Shown: positions 17,078 to 26,042, counted from the first letter of the stretch. The stretch is 64,000 bases of DNA from Chloroflexi bacterium CSP1-4 (GCA_001443375.1 LDXM01000005.1:13388-77387), one strand, 5' to 3'. Notes: generated by a model from the sequence alone, not told the origin. Numbers and translations: made by a program.

Positions 17078-18211
17078 ATGCACATCGACCTCTCCGGCCG
17101 AGGCTCCATCGCGCTGACGGCGAGCGACGACGTCGCGTCGCGCTACCTGTCCGCACTCCTCGCCCCGTTCCCGGCCCAGCCCGGCATGCCGCCGGATCCG
17201 GTCGTGGCACTCACCCCGGTGCCGCCGGGATCGCTCCCGCTTCGCGAGTTCCAGCGCGCCGCGGACGACGACCTCGTCACCGCCACCGATGGCGAGCGCT
17301 GCCTCGTGATCTGGGACGGGCGGGCATGCGCCATCCCGGACGCCACGGCCGCGCGGCCGGCGGTCTTCGAGTACGAGGTCGGATTCCCGCTCTGGCGCGT
17401 CTTCCGCTCGGCGATCCGGCCGGCCCTCCAGGTGGGCATGGCCGCGGACGGCCGAGCCGTCACGCTCCACGCCGCCTCGGTCGTGCTCGACGGTGTCGGG
17501 ATCGCCGTGGCGGGTTGGTCGGAGAGCGGCAAGACCGAGACGGCGCTGGCCCTCATGGAGGCGGGCGCGGGCTTCCTCTCGGACAAGTGGACCCTGCTCG
17601 GGCATGACGGCGAGCTGTCCGCGTTCCCGATCAGCGTCGGCGTGCGGCGCTGGGTACTCGAGTACCTGCCCACACTGCGGCGGACGGTCACGCGCCGCTC
17701 CCGGGTCCAGTTCGCTGCCGCCGGAGCCGCCTCGCGCATCCTCGACCCCATCGGCCGGCGGCCGGCGGCCACGCGCTCGCGCGGCATGCTCTCGGACCTC
17801 GCCCGTCGCGCTGAGGCGATGGGCGACCGGGCGGCCTTCGAGGTCGAGGAACTGCGGGCCGCCTACGCCGACACGAGCGACCCGACCCGACGCGTCCCGG
17901 CACGGGCCGTCTGCCTGCTCATCAACGCCCCGGACGGCGAACCTCCGCGCGTCGAGGCGCTCGATCCGGCCGTGGCCGCCACGCGGCTGGCCCGCACCGC
18001 CGGCTACGAGCGTCGGGCCTACTTCGCCCTCCGCCAGCGCGCCGCGTACGCGCTCGCCGGCCAGCCGCCGACCATCGCCGATCGAGCCATCGAGACCGAC
18101 GCCGCGTTCTTGGTCGCGGCGCTCGGGGACATCCCCGTCCTGGGGGTCCATGCGCCCTTCCCGACCGATCCGCGCCCGGTGGCCGAGGCCATCCTGCGCG
18201 CCCTCGGCTGA
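17078..18211 (+). CDS. HPr-kinase-like P-loop protein, copy A
   Basis: Real part of ORF 16685..18211, from MHIDLSGRGS. AVAGWSESGKTETALALMEAGAGFLSDK matches the HprK C-terminal kinase P-loop (GxSGxGKSETALEL...DD). Confidence 0.75.
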   Translation: MHIDLSGRGSIALTASDDVASRYLSALLAPFPAQPGMPPDPVVALTPVPPGSLPLREFQRAADDDLVTATDGERCLVIWDGRACAIPDATAARPAVFEYEVGFPLWRVFRSAIRPALQVGMAADGRAVTLHAASVVLDGVGIAVAGWSESGKTETALALMEAGAGFLSDKWTLLGHDGELSAFPISVGVRRWVLEYLPTLRRTVTRRSRVQFAAAGAASRILDPIGRRPAATRSRGMLSDLARRAEAMGDRAAFEVEELRAAYADTSDPTRRVPARAVCLLINAPDGEPPRVEALDPAVAATRLARTAGYERRAYFALRQRAAYALAGQPPTIADRAIETDAAFLVAALGDIPVLGVHAPFPTDPRPVAEAILRALG

Positions 18212-19215
18212 TGGCCGAGGCGGCCTTCGCCTTCGTCGACGGCGTCCGCGCCGGCGTCCGCGGCCCGGCGTCGATCGTCGATGCGTTCCGCCTCGAGTAT
18301 GCCCCGCGCGAGGTCCTCGACCGTGCTGCCCTCGCCCTCGACATCCGTTTCGGGCGCGAGACGGCGCACGCCGCCGCCGTCGTCGAGGGTCGCCACAAGA
18401 GCGTCGGCTGGCGCATCGCCCTTGGCCCGGCGGGCGCCGCGCCGATACAGGCGGACATCCACCTCCGTGGCATGCCGCGGTCCTTCGCTCGCTCGCTCGT
18501 CCAGGGCTATGCCATCGAGCCACTGGTGTCGATCGTGGCCGCGGAGCACGGCCAGGCCCTCGTGCCCAGCGCGGGTGTAGCCAGGCCAACGGGCGTGACG
18601 CTCATCCTTGGCCGCTCGCGCGCCGGCAAGAGCACGCTCATGGCGCGCCTGATGGCTGCCGGCCACGAGGTGCTGGGCGACGACCAGCTGTTCCTCGACG
18701 CCAGCGGCGCGTGCGTGGCCTTCCCGCGCCGTCTCCGCTTCTACCCCGACCTTGAGACGACCGCCCCGGCGGCCTACGCTCGCATGCCTGCTGCCATCCG
18801 GCGGCGACTGCGGCTGATGGGACTCCTCTCCACGGTGACACGCGGCCACATCCGTCCCTCGTTGGCGGTCGATCGCACCGCCATCGGTGGCCACTGGGTG
18901 CCCGGGCCGCTGCCCATCGAGCGCGTCGTGCTCCTGCAGCGAGGCGACCACGCCGGCGAGTTGCGCAGCGCACCGGCGTCGCCCGAGCAGGCCGTGGCCT
19001 GGGCCACTCGGCTGCTGGCCGAGCAGCGTGCCCGGCTCGCCCTGTCGGGTGAGGCTGGTTGGCGAGCCCGGCTCGATCGAGCCAGCGAGGCGGAAGTGGC
19101 CATCCTCAGCGACACGTTCGCAGGCCCGGCCATCGTGTCCATCTCCGTCCCGCACGACTGGCCGGCGGCCGCCGCCGTGACGGCGGTCGCCCGACGGCTG
19201 GGGCTCGACGTCTAG
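18211..19215 (+). CDS. HPr-kinase-like P-loop protein, copy B
   Basis: ORF 18211..19215. LILGRSRAGKSTLMARLMAAGHEVLGDD has the same P-loop architecture. The start overlaps the stop of copy A by 1 nt. Confidence 0.75.
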   Translation: MAEAAFAFVDGVRAGVRGPASIVDAFRLEYAPREVLDRAALALDIRFGRETAHAAAVVEGRHKSVGWRIALGPAGAAPIQADIHLRGMPRSFARSLVQGYAIEPLVSIVAAEHGQALVPSAGVARPTGVTLILGRSRAGKSTLMARLMAAGHEVLGDDQLFLDASGACVAFPRRLRFYPDLETTAPAAYARMPAAIRRRLRLMGLLSTVTRGHIRPSLAVDRTAIGGHWVPGPLPIERVVLLQRGDHAGELRSAPASPEQAVAWATRLLAEQRARLALSGEAGWRARLDRASEAEVAILSDTFAGPAIVSISVPHDWPAAAAVTAVARRLGLDV

Positions 19216-19219
19216 GCTT

Positions 19220-19948
19220 TCAGGCGGTCGGGACCCCGCGCTCGGGCGCCACGACCTCCACCGACGCCAGGCCCCGTGCCGCCAGCTCCAGGCGCAGCTG
19301 GTCGGGTGTGCCGGCGAGGATGGGGAAGGTGCCGTAGTGGATGGGCACGACCGTCTGGACGCCGAGCAGCTCCACCGCCAGGGCCGCCTCGCGCGGTCCC
19401 ATCGTGTAGTGGCCGCCGATGGGCAGGAAGGCCACGTCCGGCCGGCGCAGCTCGCCGATCAGGCGCATGTCGCCGAAGACGTCGGTGTCGCCGGCGTGGT
19501 AGACGCGCCGGCCGTTCTCCAGCTCGACTACGAAGCCCGCCGGCTCGCCGAGGTAGAGCGGCACGCCGAGGTCCGCGGCCCAATCGCCGGCCGAATGCTC
19601 GGCCCGCACCATCGTCACGCGCAGCCCGGCCGCCTCGACGGTGCCGCCCTTGTTCATGCCGATGACCTGGTCGGCGCCGCCGGGCAGCCGCCGCGCCAGC
19701 CAGAGGCTCATCTCGTGGATGCACGGCCAGGCGGGACGCAGCCGGCTGGCCAGGGCCACCGCGTCGCCCATGTGGTCGGAATGGCCGTGGGTCACGAGGA
19801 GCAGGTCGCAGCGGTCCACGGCGTCCGACGACTTCGGCGAGGTCGGGTTGCCGAACCACGGGTCGATGAGGATGTGCCGGCCGCCGTCCGTGGCGATCTC
19901 CACGCAGGCATGGCCGTACCAGGTGAAGGTGAAGCCGAGTCCGCCCAT
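19220..19948 (-). CDS. Metallo-beta-lactamase-fold hydrolase (UPF0173-like)
   Basis: ORF 19220..20236, trimmed to MGGLGFTFTWYGHACVEI (GGGGAGGG Shine-Dalgarno sequence 6-7 nt upstream). Motifs LLVTHGHSDH and HAGDT. Confidence 0.85.
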   Translation of the reverse strand: MGGLGFTFTWYGHACVEIATDGGRHILIDPWFGNPTSPKSSDAVDRCDLLLVTHGHSDHMGDAVALASRLRPAWPCIHEMSLWLARRLPGGADQVIGMNKGGTVEAAGLRVTMVRAEHSAGDWAADLGVPLYLGEPAGFVVELENGRRVYHAGDTDVFGDMRLIGELRRPDVAFLPIGGHYTMGPREAALAVELLGVQTVVPIHYGTFPILAGTPDQLRLELAARGLASVEVVAPERGVPTA

Positions 19949-20280
19949 GGCGCCCTCCCCGCAGATCGGGTTCTTTCGGTCCTTCATGGTAGGCCTTTGC
20001 CGGTACGCGGGGGAGCGTCGCGCGGGGGACCATTTCTGAGAGACATAGGGGCCGAGCTGAAGACCATGACGGGAGTCGCCACGACCGGTCTGGCGTCGTT
20101 TCCATTCCTGGGAGTGATGGATCGGGCAGTCGAGGGGGCGGTAAGGGGGCCGTGAGGTCGCCGATCGGCCCACCAGGTCGATTCCCATGCCTGGGGGCGA
20201 TGGGTCGCGCGACGCAGGGGGTCCTCGGGTCGCCACTCGGCTCGCGAGAGGGCCCTCGCCTCGTTCGCTACACTCCCCGG

Positions 20281-21111
20281 GTGCCCAGCCGGTCCATCCT
20301 CGAGAGCCTCGCCTACGTCAACTGGGCGCTGCTCTTCAGCCTCTCGCTGGGCAGCCTCGCGACCGTCGTGCTCCTGCGCTGGCGCACGGACGCCTCGAGG
20401 GGCTACCTCACCTTCGCGGCCGCCTGTGCGGCGCTGCTGGCCGGCCTCACCTACCTCCTCGACGGCGGCCTTCCGGCGCCCGAGAGCCTTTCCATCCACG
20501 CCGCTCCAGCGGCGCTGGAGGCGGTCCGGCGGGGTGGACTCGCGGTCCTGACCGTGCTCGCCGCGGCCGAGGTCATCGCTCGGTCCCGATCGGCCCGCAG
20601 ACCGTGGTTCGGGCTGGCCGGGATCGGCGCCGGCGTCGTTGTCGCCCTCGCGGCGGGACTCGGCTGGGCCGGCCCGACCTGGCCGGGCCTGGCCATCGCC
20701 GCGCAGCTGCTCGTGCTGGCCGCGGCCACGGGCGGCGTGCTGGCGGCGATGATCCTCGGTCACTGGTACCTCGTGACGCCGCGCCTGTCGGAAGGGCCGC
20801 TCATCCTGGCGGCCCGCGCGCTGACGGCCGTGGTGGTCCTGCAGATCGTCCTCTTCGGCGTCTGGACGGCGCTCGGCATCGGCCCCTACGGTCCGTTCGC
20901 CGTCCTCACCGGCGGCGAGGCCTTCTTCGTCTGGCTGCGTCTCGTGGTGAGCCTGGTCTTCCCGCTCGTGCTCACGATGATGGCCGTGCGCACGGCGCGG
21001 ACGCGCTCGATGGAGTCGGCCACGGGGCTGCTCTACATCGACACGGCGGCCATCCTCGCGGGCACGATCGTCGCGGCGGCGCTGCTCTTCGGCGCCGGGG
21101 TCATCGTGTGA
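20281..21111 (+). CDS. Integral membrane protein, unknown function
   Basis: Real part of ORF 20152..21111, from the GTG at 20281. About 8 hydrophobic helices. Ends 5 nt before the moaD-moaE fusion. Confidence 0.6.
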   Translation: MPSRSILESLAYVNWALLFSLSLGSLATVVLLRWRTDASRGYLTFAAACAALLAGLTYLLDGGLPAPESLSIHAAPAALEAVRRGGLAVLTVLAAAEVIARSRSARRPWFGLAGIGAGVVVALAAGLGWAGPTWPGLAIAAQLLVLAAATGGVLAAMILGHWYLVTPRLSEGPLILAARALTAVVVLQIVLFGVWTALGIGPYGPFAVLTGGEAFFVWLRLVVSLVFPLVLTMMAVRTARTRSMESATGLLYIDTAAILAGTIVAAALLFGAGVIV

Positions 21112-21116
21112 GCGCG

Positions 21117-21905
21117 ATGCGCGTCACGGTCCGCCTCTTCGCCCTGCAGCGCCAGCAGCTGGGCACCCGCGAGGTGCGCCTCGAGCTGCCCGAGGGCGCG
21201 ACGATCCAGGCCGCGTGGGAGACGCTGGCGGCGGCCCACCCGGTCCTGGAACCGGCCCGCGACTCGGTGCGCTTCGCGCGCAACGGCGAGTACGCCTCGA
21301 GCGATGAAACCCTCGCCGACGGCGACGAGCTGGCCGTCATCCCCCCGGTGGCCGGCGGCGCCGACGACCTCCCGGGCGCGGTTGACCCGCGCGTGCGCCG
21401 CATCGCCCTGAGCGTCGAGCCGATCGGCGACGCAACCCTGGCCGAGCTGCGGGCTGCCGTCGCCACCGACGCCGATGGCGCCGTGGTGGCCTTCCTGGGG
21501 CGGACGCGCGAGACGCCGGGCACACCCGCGCCGGGCCAGGAGGCGCAGGCGCAGCGGTTCGCCGGGCAGCGCGTCGTGGGGCTCGAGTACGAGGCCTACG
21601 AGGCCATGGCGCTGCGCACGCTCGAGGCCATCGCCGACGAGATCGAGGCGCGCTTCGGCGTGCGCCGGCTGGGCATCGTCCACCGCGTCGGCCCCGTCGG
21701 CCTGGGCGAGGCGAGCGTGGCCATCGTCGTCGCTGCAGCCCACCGGGGCGAGGCCTTCGCGGCCTGCCGCTACGCCATCGAGGAACTGAAGGCCCGCGCG
21801 CCGATCTGGAAATCGGAGCGCTTCGCCGACGGCAGCGTCTGGCTCGGCGCGCCGGCGCGCACGGGGCCGCCCGGATCGCCCGGCAGCGCGGAGGAGCGCG
21901 AATGA
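21117..21905 (+). CDS. Molybdopterin synthase MoaD-MoaE fusion protein
   Basis: Real part of ORF 20187..21905, from MRVTVRLFALQRQQLG. The MoaD part ends in the conserved ...VIPPVAGG, then reads straight into MoaE (GAVVAFLGRTRE...VGLEYEAYEAMA...VHRVGPVGLGEASVAIVVAAAHR...APIWKSE). Confidence 0.85.
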   Translation: MRVTVRLFALQRQQLGTREVRLELPEGATIQAAWETLAAAHPVLEPARDSVRFARNGEYASSDETLADGDELAVIPPVAGGADDLPGAVDPRVRRIALSVEPIGDATLAELRAAVATDADGAVVAFLGRTRETPGTPAPGQEAQAQRFAGQRVVGLEYEAYEAMALRTLEAIADEIEARFGVRRLGIVHRVGPVGLGEASVAIVVAAAHRGEAFAACRYAIEELKARAPIWKSERFADGSVWLGAPARTGPPGSPGSAEERE

Positions 21906-21918
21906 CAGGAGCCCGTGC

Positions 21919-22241
21919 GTGCCGATCCGACTGACGCGCCACGCCCGGAAACGTGCGGCAGGCGGCGCATCCCGATGGAGCTCGTCGAGCAGGTGTATCG
22001 GGATCCCGACGAGACCAGGCCAAGCGCAACGGCCCCCGACCGGGAGGTCCGCAGTCGGCTGTATGATCGGCAGCAGATCGAGATCGTCGTCGATCTTGGC
22101 GAGGACCCGAACGGCGACCTCGAGCTGATCCTGACCGGCCGGCCTGGTCGAGGTCTGAGCGCCTATCATCGAGCCCTGGACCCACGCCAACGGAGGTCCC
22201 ATGGCCGCCCATCTCGCCGCGCGCGCATACGACCTGCGTGA
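21919..22241 (+). pseudogene. DUF4258-like small gene that appears frameshifted
   Basis: AGGAG at 21907-21911 is 7 nt before the GTG at 21919. That frame gives MPIRLTRHARKRAAGG, then nonsense. The -1 frame continues RRIPMELVEQVYRDPDET...IEIVVDL. Joined, they resemble the DUF4258 pattern (RHAxxRxxxRgI..e.Veqv). The 3' end is uncertain. Confidence 0.3.
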
Positions 22242-23784
22242 GCGGGCGGCCGCGTTCGCGGCGGGACTCCAGACGCAGGCGCGGGCCGAGACCACGCTGG
22301 CCTGCGAGCGCGCCGTGCTGCGCCTCTTCGGCGTCAGCGGCCTCGACGCTTCCGGCCGGCCGCTGGCCCTGGAGGTCGTGGAGCGCCTGGCGGCGCTGGG
22401 ACCCGGCCGGCTCGGCGGCGGCATCGCCCTGCCCTTTGCCGCCGCAGCCCGCGAGTACGACCTCTCCCCCCAGGAGCTGGCGCTCGACGTGGCCGCCGGC
22501 AACCTGGACCTCGGCCTCGAGGCCGAGCTGCTGCGCGAGCCCGAGCGCCGGCAAGAGGCGGAGGCGATGGTCGGCGCGTGGCTGGCCGGCGCCTGGGAGC
22601 GCTTCGACGCCAATCGCACCGCTCGGACCGAGCTGCTCGCGGTCCTGGGGGACCCGCCGGCGCCGTGGTTCGGCGTGGAGCTGCCGTCCCTCACGGCCGG
22701 CGCTGCCGCTGCCGCTGCCGGTGCGATCGCGCTGGTGCCGGGTGGCGTGGACGTCGTGCGCGTCCGCGTGCCGCGCGATGGCGAGCTGCGTCGCGGCCTC
22801 GACGAGGAGTTCGACGTCGCCGATGCCGGCGAAGACCCGCTCGCGGCCCCGGCGGGCAGCCAGCGCGGCCTCGGCGCGTTGCGCACCGCGCTCGACGAGG
22901 CCGCCGCCGAGGGCGGGCGATACCTTCGCCTCGGGACACGGTCGCTCGGCCTGGCGGCCCCCGACCAGGCCGTCGTGGCCGGCTTCGAGCGCGTGGACCT
23001 CGTCTTCGCCGACCCGGTCGAGACCGTCGTCGAGTTCGGCGTCGAGCCGGCCCGCGCGTTCGCCGACCATGCCTTCGCCGTCGAGGTGCTGGCCCGCAGC
23101 GGCGCCTCGCTGGTCCTCGGTCCCGGGCCGCTCGCGGTGGCGCCGGAGCTGGCCCGCGGCGAGCCGCTCGACCCGGCCACGCGCATCGGCCGGGCGCTGG
23201 CACTGCAGGCGCTCAGCCTGGAGCTGACGCGTCAGGGCGGCCTGCCCGCGGAGCGGATCCTCCTCGGCGCGCTCTCGCGGGACCAGCTGACGGAGCCGGT
23301 CGGACACCTGCCGGGCATCGTCGAGGTGGCCCTCCGCCGGCTCGTCTTCCCGGGTCATGGGCTGGTCGTCGAGGAGCCCGACGAAGCCGATGCCGATGCG
23401 GCCTGGCCGGTGGCGCTGACCGCCTGGCTCGCTGCTGGTCCGGCGCCGGCGCTCGTCCTGCGTCGCCCCGCCACCGCAGCCGTGGCCGACGCGTCGCGCG
23501 AGGTGCGGACCGCCGTGGAGGCGGCCGCGGGGCTGGCCGCCGCGCGAAGCCTGGGGTTGCTCCACGGCGAGGCCGCCGCCCTGGCCAAGCGGAGCCTGCG
23601 CGTGGCCATCGACACGATCCGGGAGCTTGCCGACGAGGGCTGGGAGCACCTGCTGCTCTCGCCCGCCGCGCTGGCCCGACGGCCCGAGCCGGCCGAGGGT
23701 TGGATCGGCGCCGGGGGCCGCGCCGCCAAGCGCGAGCACCTTGACCTCCTGGGCCTGGGGGCCGATGCTGTGCTCGCGCCATGA
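22201..23784 (+). CDS. D-lysine 5,6-aminomutase alpha-subunit (KamD)-like TIM-barrel protein
   Basis: ORF 22201..23784. GGAGG Shine-Dalgarno sequence and strong GC3. TLACERAVLRLFGVSGLD and GGRYLRLGTRSLGLAAPDQAVVAGFERVDLVFADP resemble KamD segments as I recall them (TVERAVCRLLGIDGVD; GKYIRLCNYCSGLCMPEIAAMGAIERLDVMLNDA). Confidence 0.6.
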   Translation: MAAHLAARAYDLRERAAAFAAGLQTQARAETTLACERAVLRLFGVSGLDASGRPLALEVVERLAALGPGRLGGGIALPFAAAAREYDLSPQELALDVAAGNLDLGLEAELLREPERRQEAEAMVGAWLAGAWERFDANRTARTELLAVLGDPPAPWFGVELPSLTAGAAAAAAGAIALVPGGVDVVRVRVPRDGELRRGLDEEFDVADAGEDPLAAPAGSQRGLGALRTALDEAAAEGGRYLRLGTRSLGLAAPDQAVVAGFERVDLVFADPVETVVEFGVEPARAFADHAFAVEVLARSGASLVLGPGPLAVAPELARGEPLDPATRIGRALALQALSLELTRQGGLPAERILLGALSRDQLTEPVGHLPGIVEVALRRLVFPGHGLVVEEPDEADADAAWPVALTAWLAAGPAPALVLRRPATAAVADASREVRTAVEAAAGLAAARSLGLLHGEAAALAKRSLRVAIDTIRELADEGWEHLLLSPAALARRPEPAEGWIGAGGRAAKREHLDLLGLGADAVLAP

Positions 23785-24323
23785 GTGAAGGTCACGAGGA
23801 TCCGGGCATCACGCGCGTGGAGTGGTCGGGCTGGTCGTGGTCGCCGCGGCGACGCGTGCCCTGGCTGGGCGTGCTGCTCGTGGTCTTCGGCCTCGCCATG
23901 CTGGTCGATCAGCTGACGCCGCTCAGCGCCTCGGCGCTCATCCTCGGCGCGCTGGCCATCGCCTTCGGGGCCAGCTGGCTCATCGGCGGATCGCGCTGGG
24001 CGATGGTGCCCGCGCTCGTGCTGGCCGCCCTGGCCATCCCCGACGCGCTCACGGACCTCAAGGTCATCACCGGCGACGGCTGGGGCTCGGTCGCGCTGGC
24101 CATCGCCTTCCTCGCCATCTGGCTCGTGGGCGGCCGGCGGGGCCGGCGTCCCGGCTGGTCCCTGTGGCTGGCCGTGATCTTCGGGATCATCGGATCGACG
24201 CAGGTCTCCGACCAGTTCGACTGGCTGCCCGACCTCGACGCCTTCTGGCCCGTCGTCTTCATCGTGGTGGGGGTCGCGCTGATCCTGGGCCAGGGCCGCC
24301 GGGGGAGTTCCGCCCCCTGGTGA
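23781..24323 (+). CDS. Integral membrane protein, unknown function
   Basis: ORF 23781..24323. ATGA overlap with the upstream gene. About 5 hydrophobic helices. Confidence 0.65.
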   Translation: MSEGHEDPGITRVEWSGWSWSPRRRVPWLGVLLVVFGLAMLVDQLTPLSASALILGALAIAFGASWLIGGSRWAMVPALVLAALAIPDALTDLKVITGDGWGSVALAIAFLAIWLVGGRRGRRPGWSLWLAVIFGIIGSTQVSDQFDWLPDLDAFWPVVFIVVGVALILGQGRRGSSAPW

Positions 24324-24333
24324 GCGCCCTGCG

Positions 24334-25122
24334 CTACTTCGTGTAGACGCCCCCCGGGTCCAGCTCCTCGCGGATGAGGCGCAGCTCCTCGGCGGTCGGG
24401 GCCGGCGTCTCGGCCAGGCCGGCGGCGACCTTCGGCCGCCAGGCCATGGCGGCCTCGACCTGCTCCAGCGTGGCGCCCGGATGGAGGAAGTCGAGGCGCA
24501 TCTCGCCCGCGTCGTCGAAGTGGTAGATGCCGAGATCGGTCACGACCACGGAGGGCCCATCGCCCAGCCAGCCCTGCTCACGCCGGATGCGGGCCGCGTT
24601 ATCCGCGCCGCCCAGGTTGCCGGGTGAGGTGCGGAAGTCGATCCGCTCCACGAAGCTGCGCGGGCTCTGGCGCATGATCACGAAGACCTGGCGGGCGTTG
24701 ATGGCGATCTCGCACGCGCCGCCGGAGCCGGGCAGGCGCGTCCTGGGGTGCGCGTAGTCGCCGATGACCGTGGTGTTGATGTTGCCGAAGCGGTCGATCT
24801 GCGCCGCGCCGAGGAAGCCCACGTCGATCAGGCCGCGCTGGAGGTAGTAGCCGAACAGCTCGAGCATGCTCACCACGGCCGTCGCCCGCGTCACGATCGT
24901 GGGGTCGCCGATGCTCAACGGCAGTCGGGCGGGCTGGGCACCGAAGACGCCGGCCTCGTAGACCAGCTCCAGCTCGGGCGCCACGGTGCGCTTGGCCAGG
25001 TTGACGGCGATGTTGGGCAGGCCCACGCCGACGAAGCAGACGTGCTGGCCGGCCAGCTCGCGCGCGGCGGCCACGATCATCATCTCGGAGCGCGTGAAGG
25101 GGGCCGCGGGTTGGTCGGTCAC
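24334..25122 (-). CDS. CoA-transferase subunit B (family I, glutaconate/3-oxoacid type)
   Basis: ORF 24334..25122. CFVGVGLPNIAVNLAK...GAAQIDRFGNINTTVIG...LPGSGGA. Confidence 0.85.
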   Translation of the reverse strand: MTDQPAAPFTRSEMMIVAAARELAGQHVCFVGVGLPNIAVNLAKRTVAPELELVYEAGVFGAQPARLPLSIGDPTIVTRATAVVSMLELFGYYLQRGLIDVGFLGAAQIDRFGNINTTVIGDYAHPRTRLPGSGGACEIAINARQVFVIMRQSPRSFVERIDFRTSPGNLGGADNAARIRREQGWLGDGPSVVVTDLGIYHFDDAGEMRLDFLHPGATLEQVEAAMAWRPKVAAGLAETPAPTAEELRLIREELDPGGVYTK

Positions 25123-26042
25123 CGGTAGTCCCCGTAGTCCACTGACCCCGACGGCGCCGTGCCCGGCCGGAGGGAGGCGACTCGCTCCGCGCCGAGCTTC
25201 TCCAGGTACTCAGCGCGACCGGAGACCCCGTGCACCCACTCGTCGAGCCAGGCGTCGAGGGCGGCGGCGTCGCGGCTGACGGCGTCCCACTCGATGTAGA
25301 AGCGGTTGTCGCGGTCGTAATAGCCCTGGGCATACGAGGGGTGGGCGCCGAAGGGCTCCACGACCACGGCGTCCACGATGAGCCCGGGGATGATCGTGCG
25401 ATTGGGATCGGCGCGCACGACCGACTCATCCACCAGCTCCTCGACGACGACGATGACGCGCTCGGCGGCGAAGGCGACCTCCTTCTGGCAGCCGAGCAGG
25501 CCCCACACCTGCGTGTCGCCGGCGGCATCGGCGCGCTGGGCATGGACGATGGCCACGTCAGGCTTGAGCGGTGGCACGGCGTAGACGTATTCCTCGCCGT
25601 ACGGCGAGCGCACCTGCCGGATGAGCGGGTTCGCCTTGGGCAGGTCCGACTCGAAGTAGCTGCGCAGCGGGAAGAAGGGCAGGTTCATGGCCCCCGCCGT
25701 GTACCGCCCGACCATGCCGAAGTGGCTGTACTCCTCCACCTCGAGCGGTGCGGGGTCGGCGTCCTCGATGCGCCGCCGGATCGCATGCAGGCCGCCCACG
25801 CCGGGGTTGCCGAGCCAGCTGAAGATGAGCTTGCGCGCCACCCCGGCGCCGATCATCTGGTCGTAGATGACGTCCGGCGTCATGCGCGCCAGGGTCAGCT
25901 CGCGCCGGCGTTGGCGGATGATCTCGTGGCCGGCGCTGAAGCTGATGAGGTGCGTGAAGCCCTCGATGGCCACCGTGTCGCCGTCGCGCACGATCTCCGC
26001 CACCGCGTCGCGCATGGTGGCGACCTTCGAAGTGCCGGTCAC
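25119..26042 (-). CDS. CoA-transferase subunit A (family I)
   Basis: ORF 25119..26042. MRDAVAEIVRDGDTVAIEGFTHL... with 4-nt overlaps to both neighbours. Confidence 0.85.
   Translation of the reverse strand: MTGTSKVATMRDAVAEIVRDGDTVAIEGFTHLISFSAGHEIIRQRRRELTLARMTPDVIYDQMIGAGVARKLIFSWLGNPGVGGLHAIRRRIEDADPAPLEVEEYSHFGMVGRYTAGAMNLPFFPLRSYFESDLPKANPLIRQVRSPYGEEYVYAVPPLKPDVAIVHAQRADAAGDTQVWGLLGCQKEVAFAAERVIVVVEELVDESVVRADPNRTIIPGLIVDAVVVEPFGAHPSYAQGYYDRDNRFYIEWDAVSRDAAALDAWLDEWVHGVSGRAEYLEKLGAERVASLRPGTAPSGSVDYGDYR

Noticed and set aside
20020-20110. TPP-riboswitch-like CTGAGA box (20036-20041) in the 330-bp gap between the MBL hydrolase gene and the membrane protein/moaDE genes. A Moco riboswitch was also considered.
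   Set aside because: The flanking sequence lacks the ACCUGAUCUGGAUAAUGCC-type pyrophosphate helix and the complementary P-stem. No thiamine genes are adjacent. I could not match the Moco motif core either. An Rfam scan would settle it.
21033-23739. 717-aa and 800-aa minus-strand ORFs (21033..23186 and 21337..23739)
   Set aside because: They are antisense to the moaDE fusion and the KamD-like gene. Both are extremely Arg/Ala/Pro/Ser-rich. The plus-strand frames have recognisable motifs, Shine-Dalgarno sequences and start/stop coupling.
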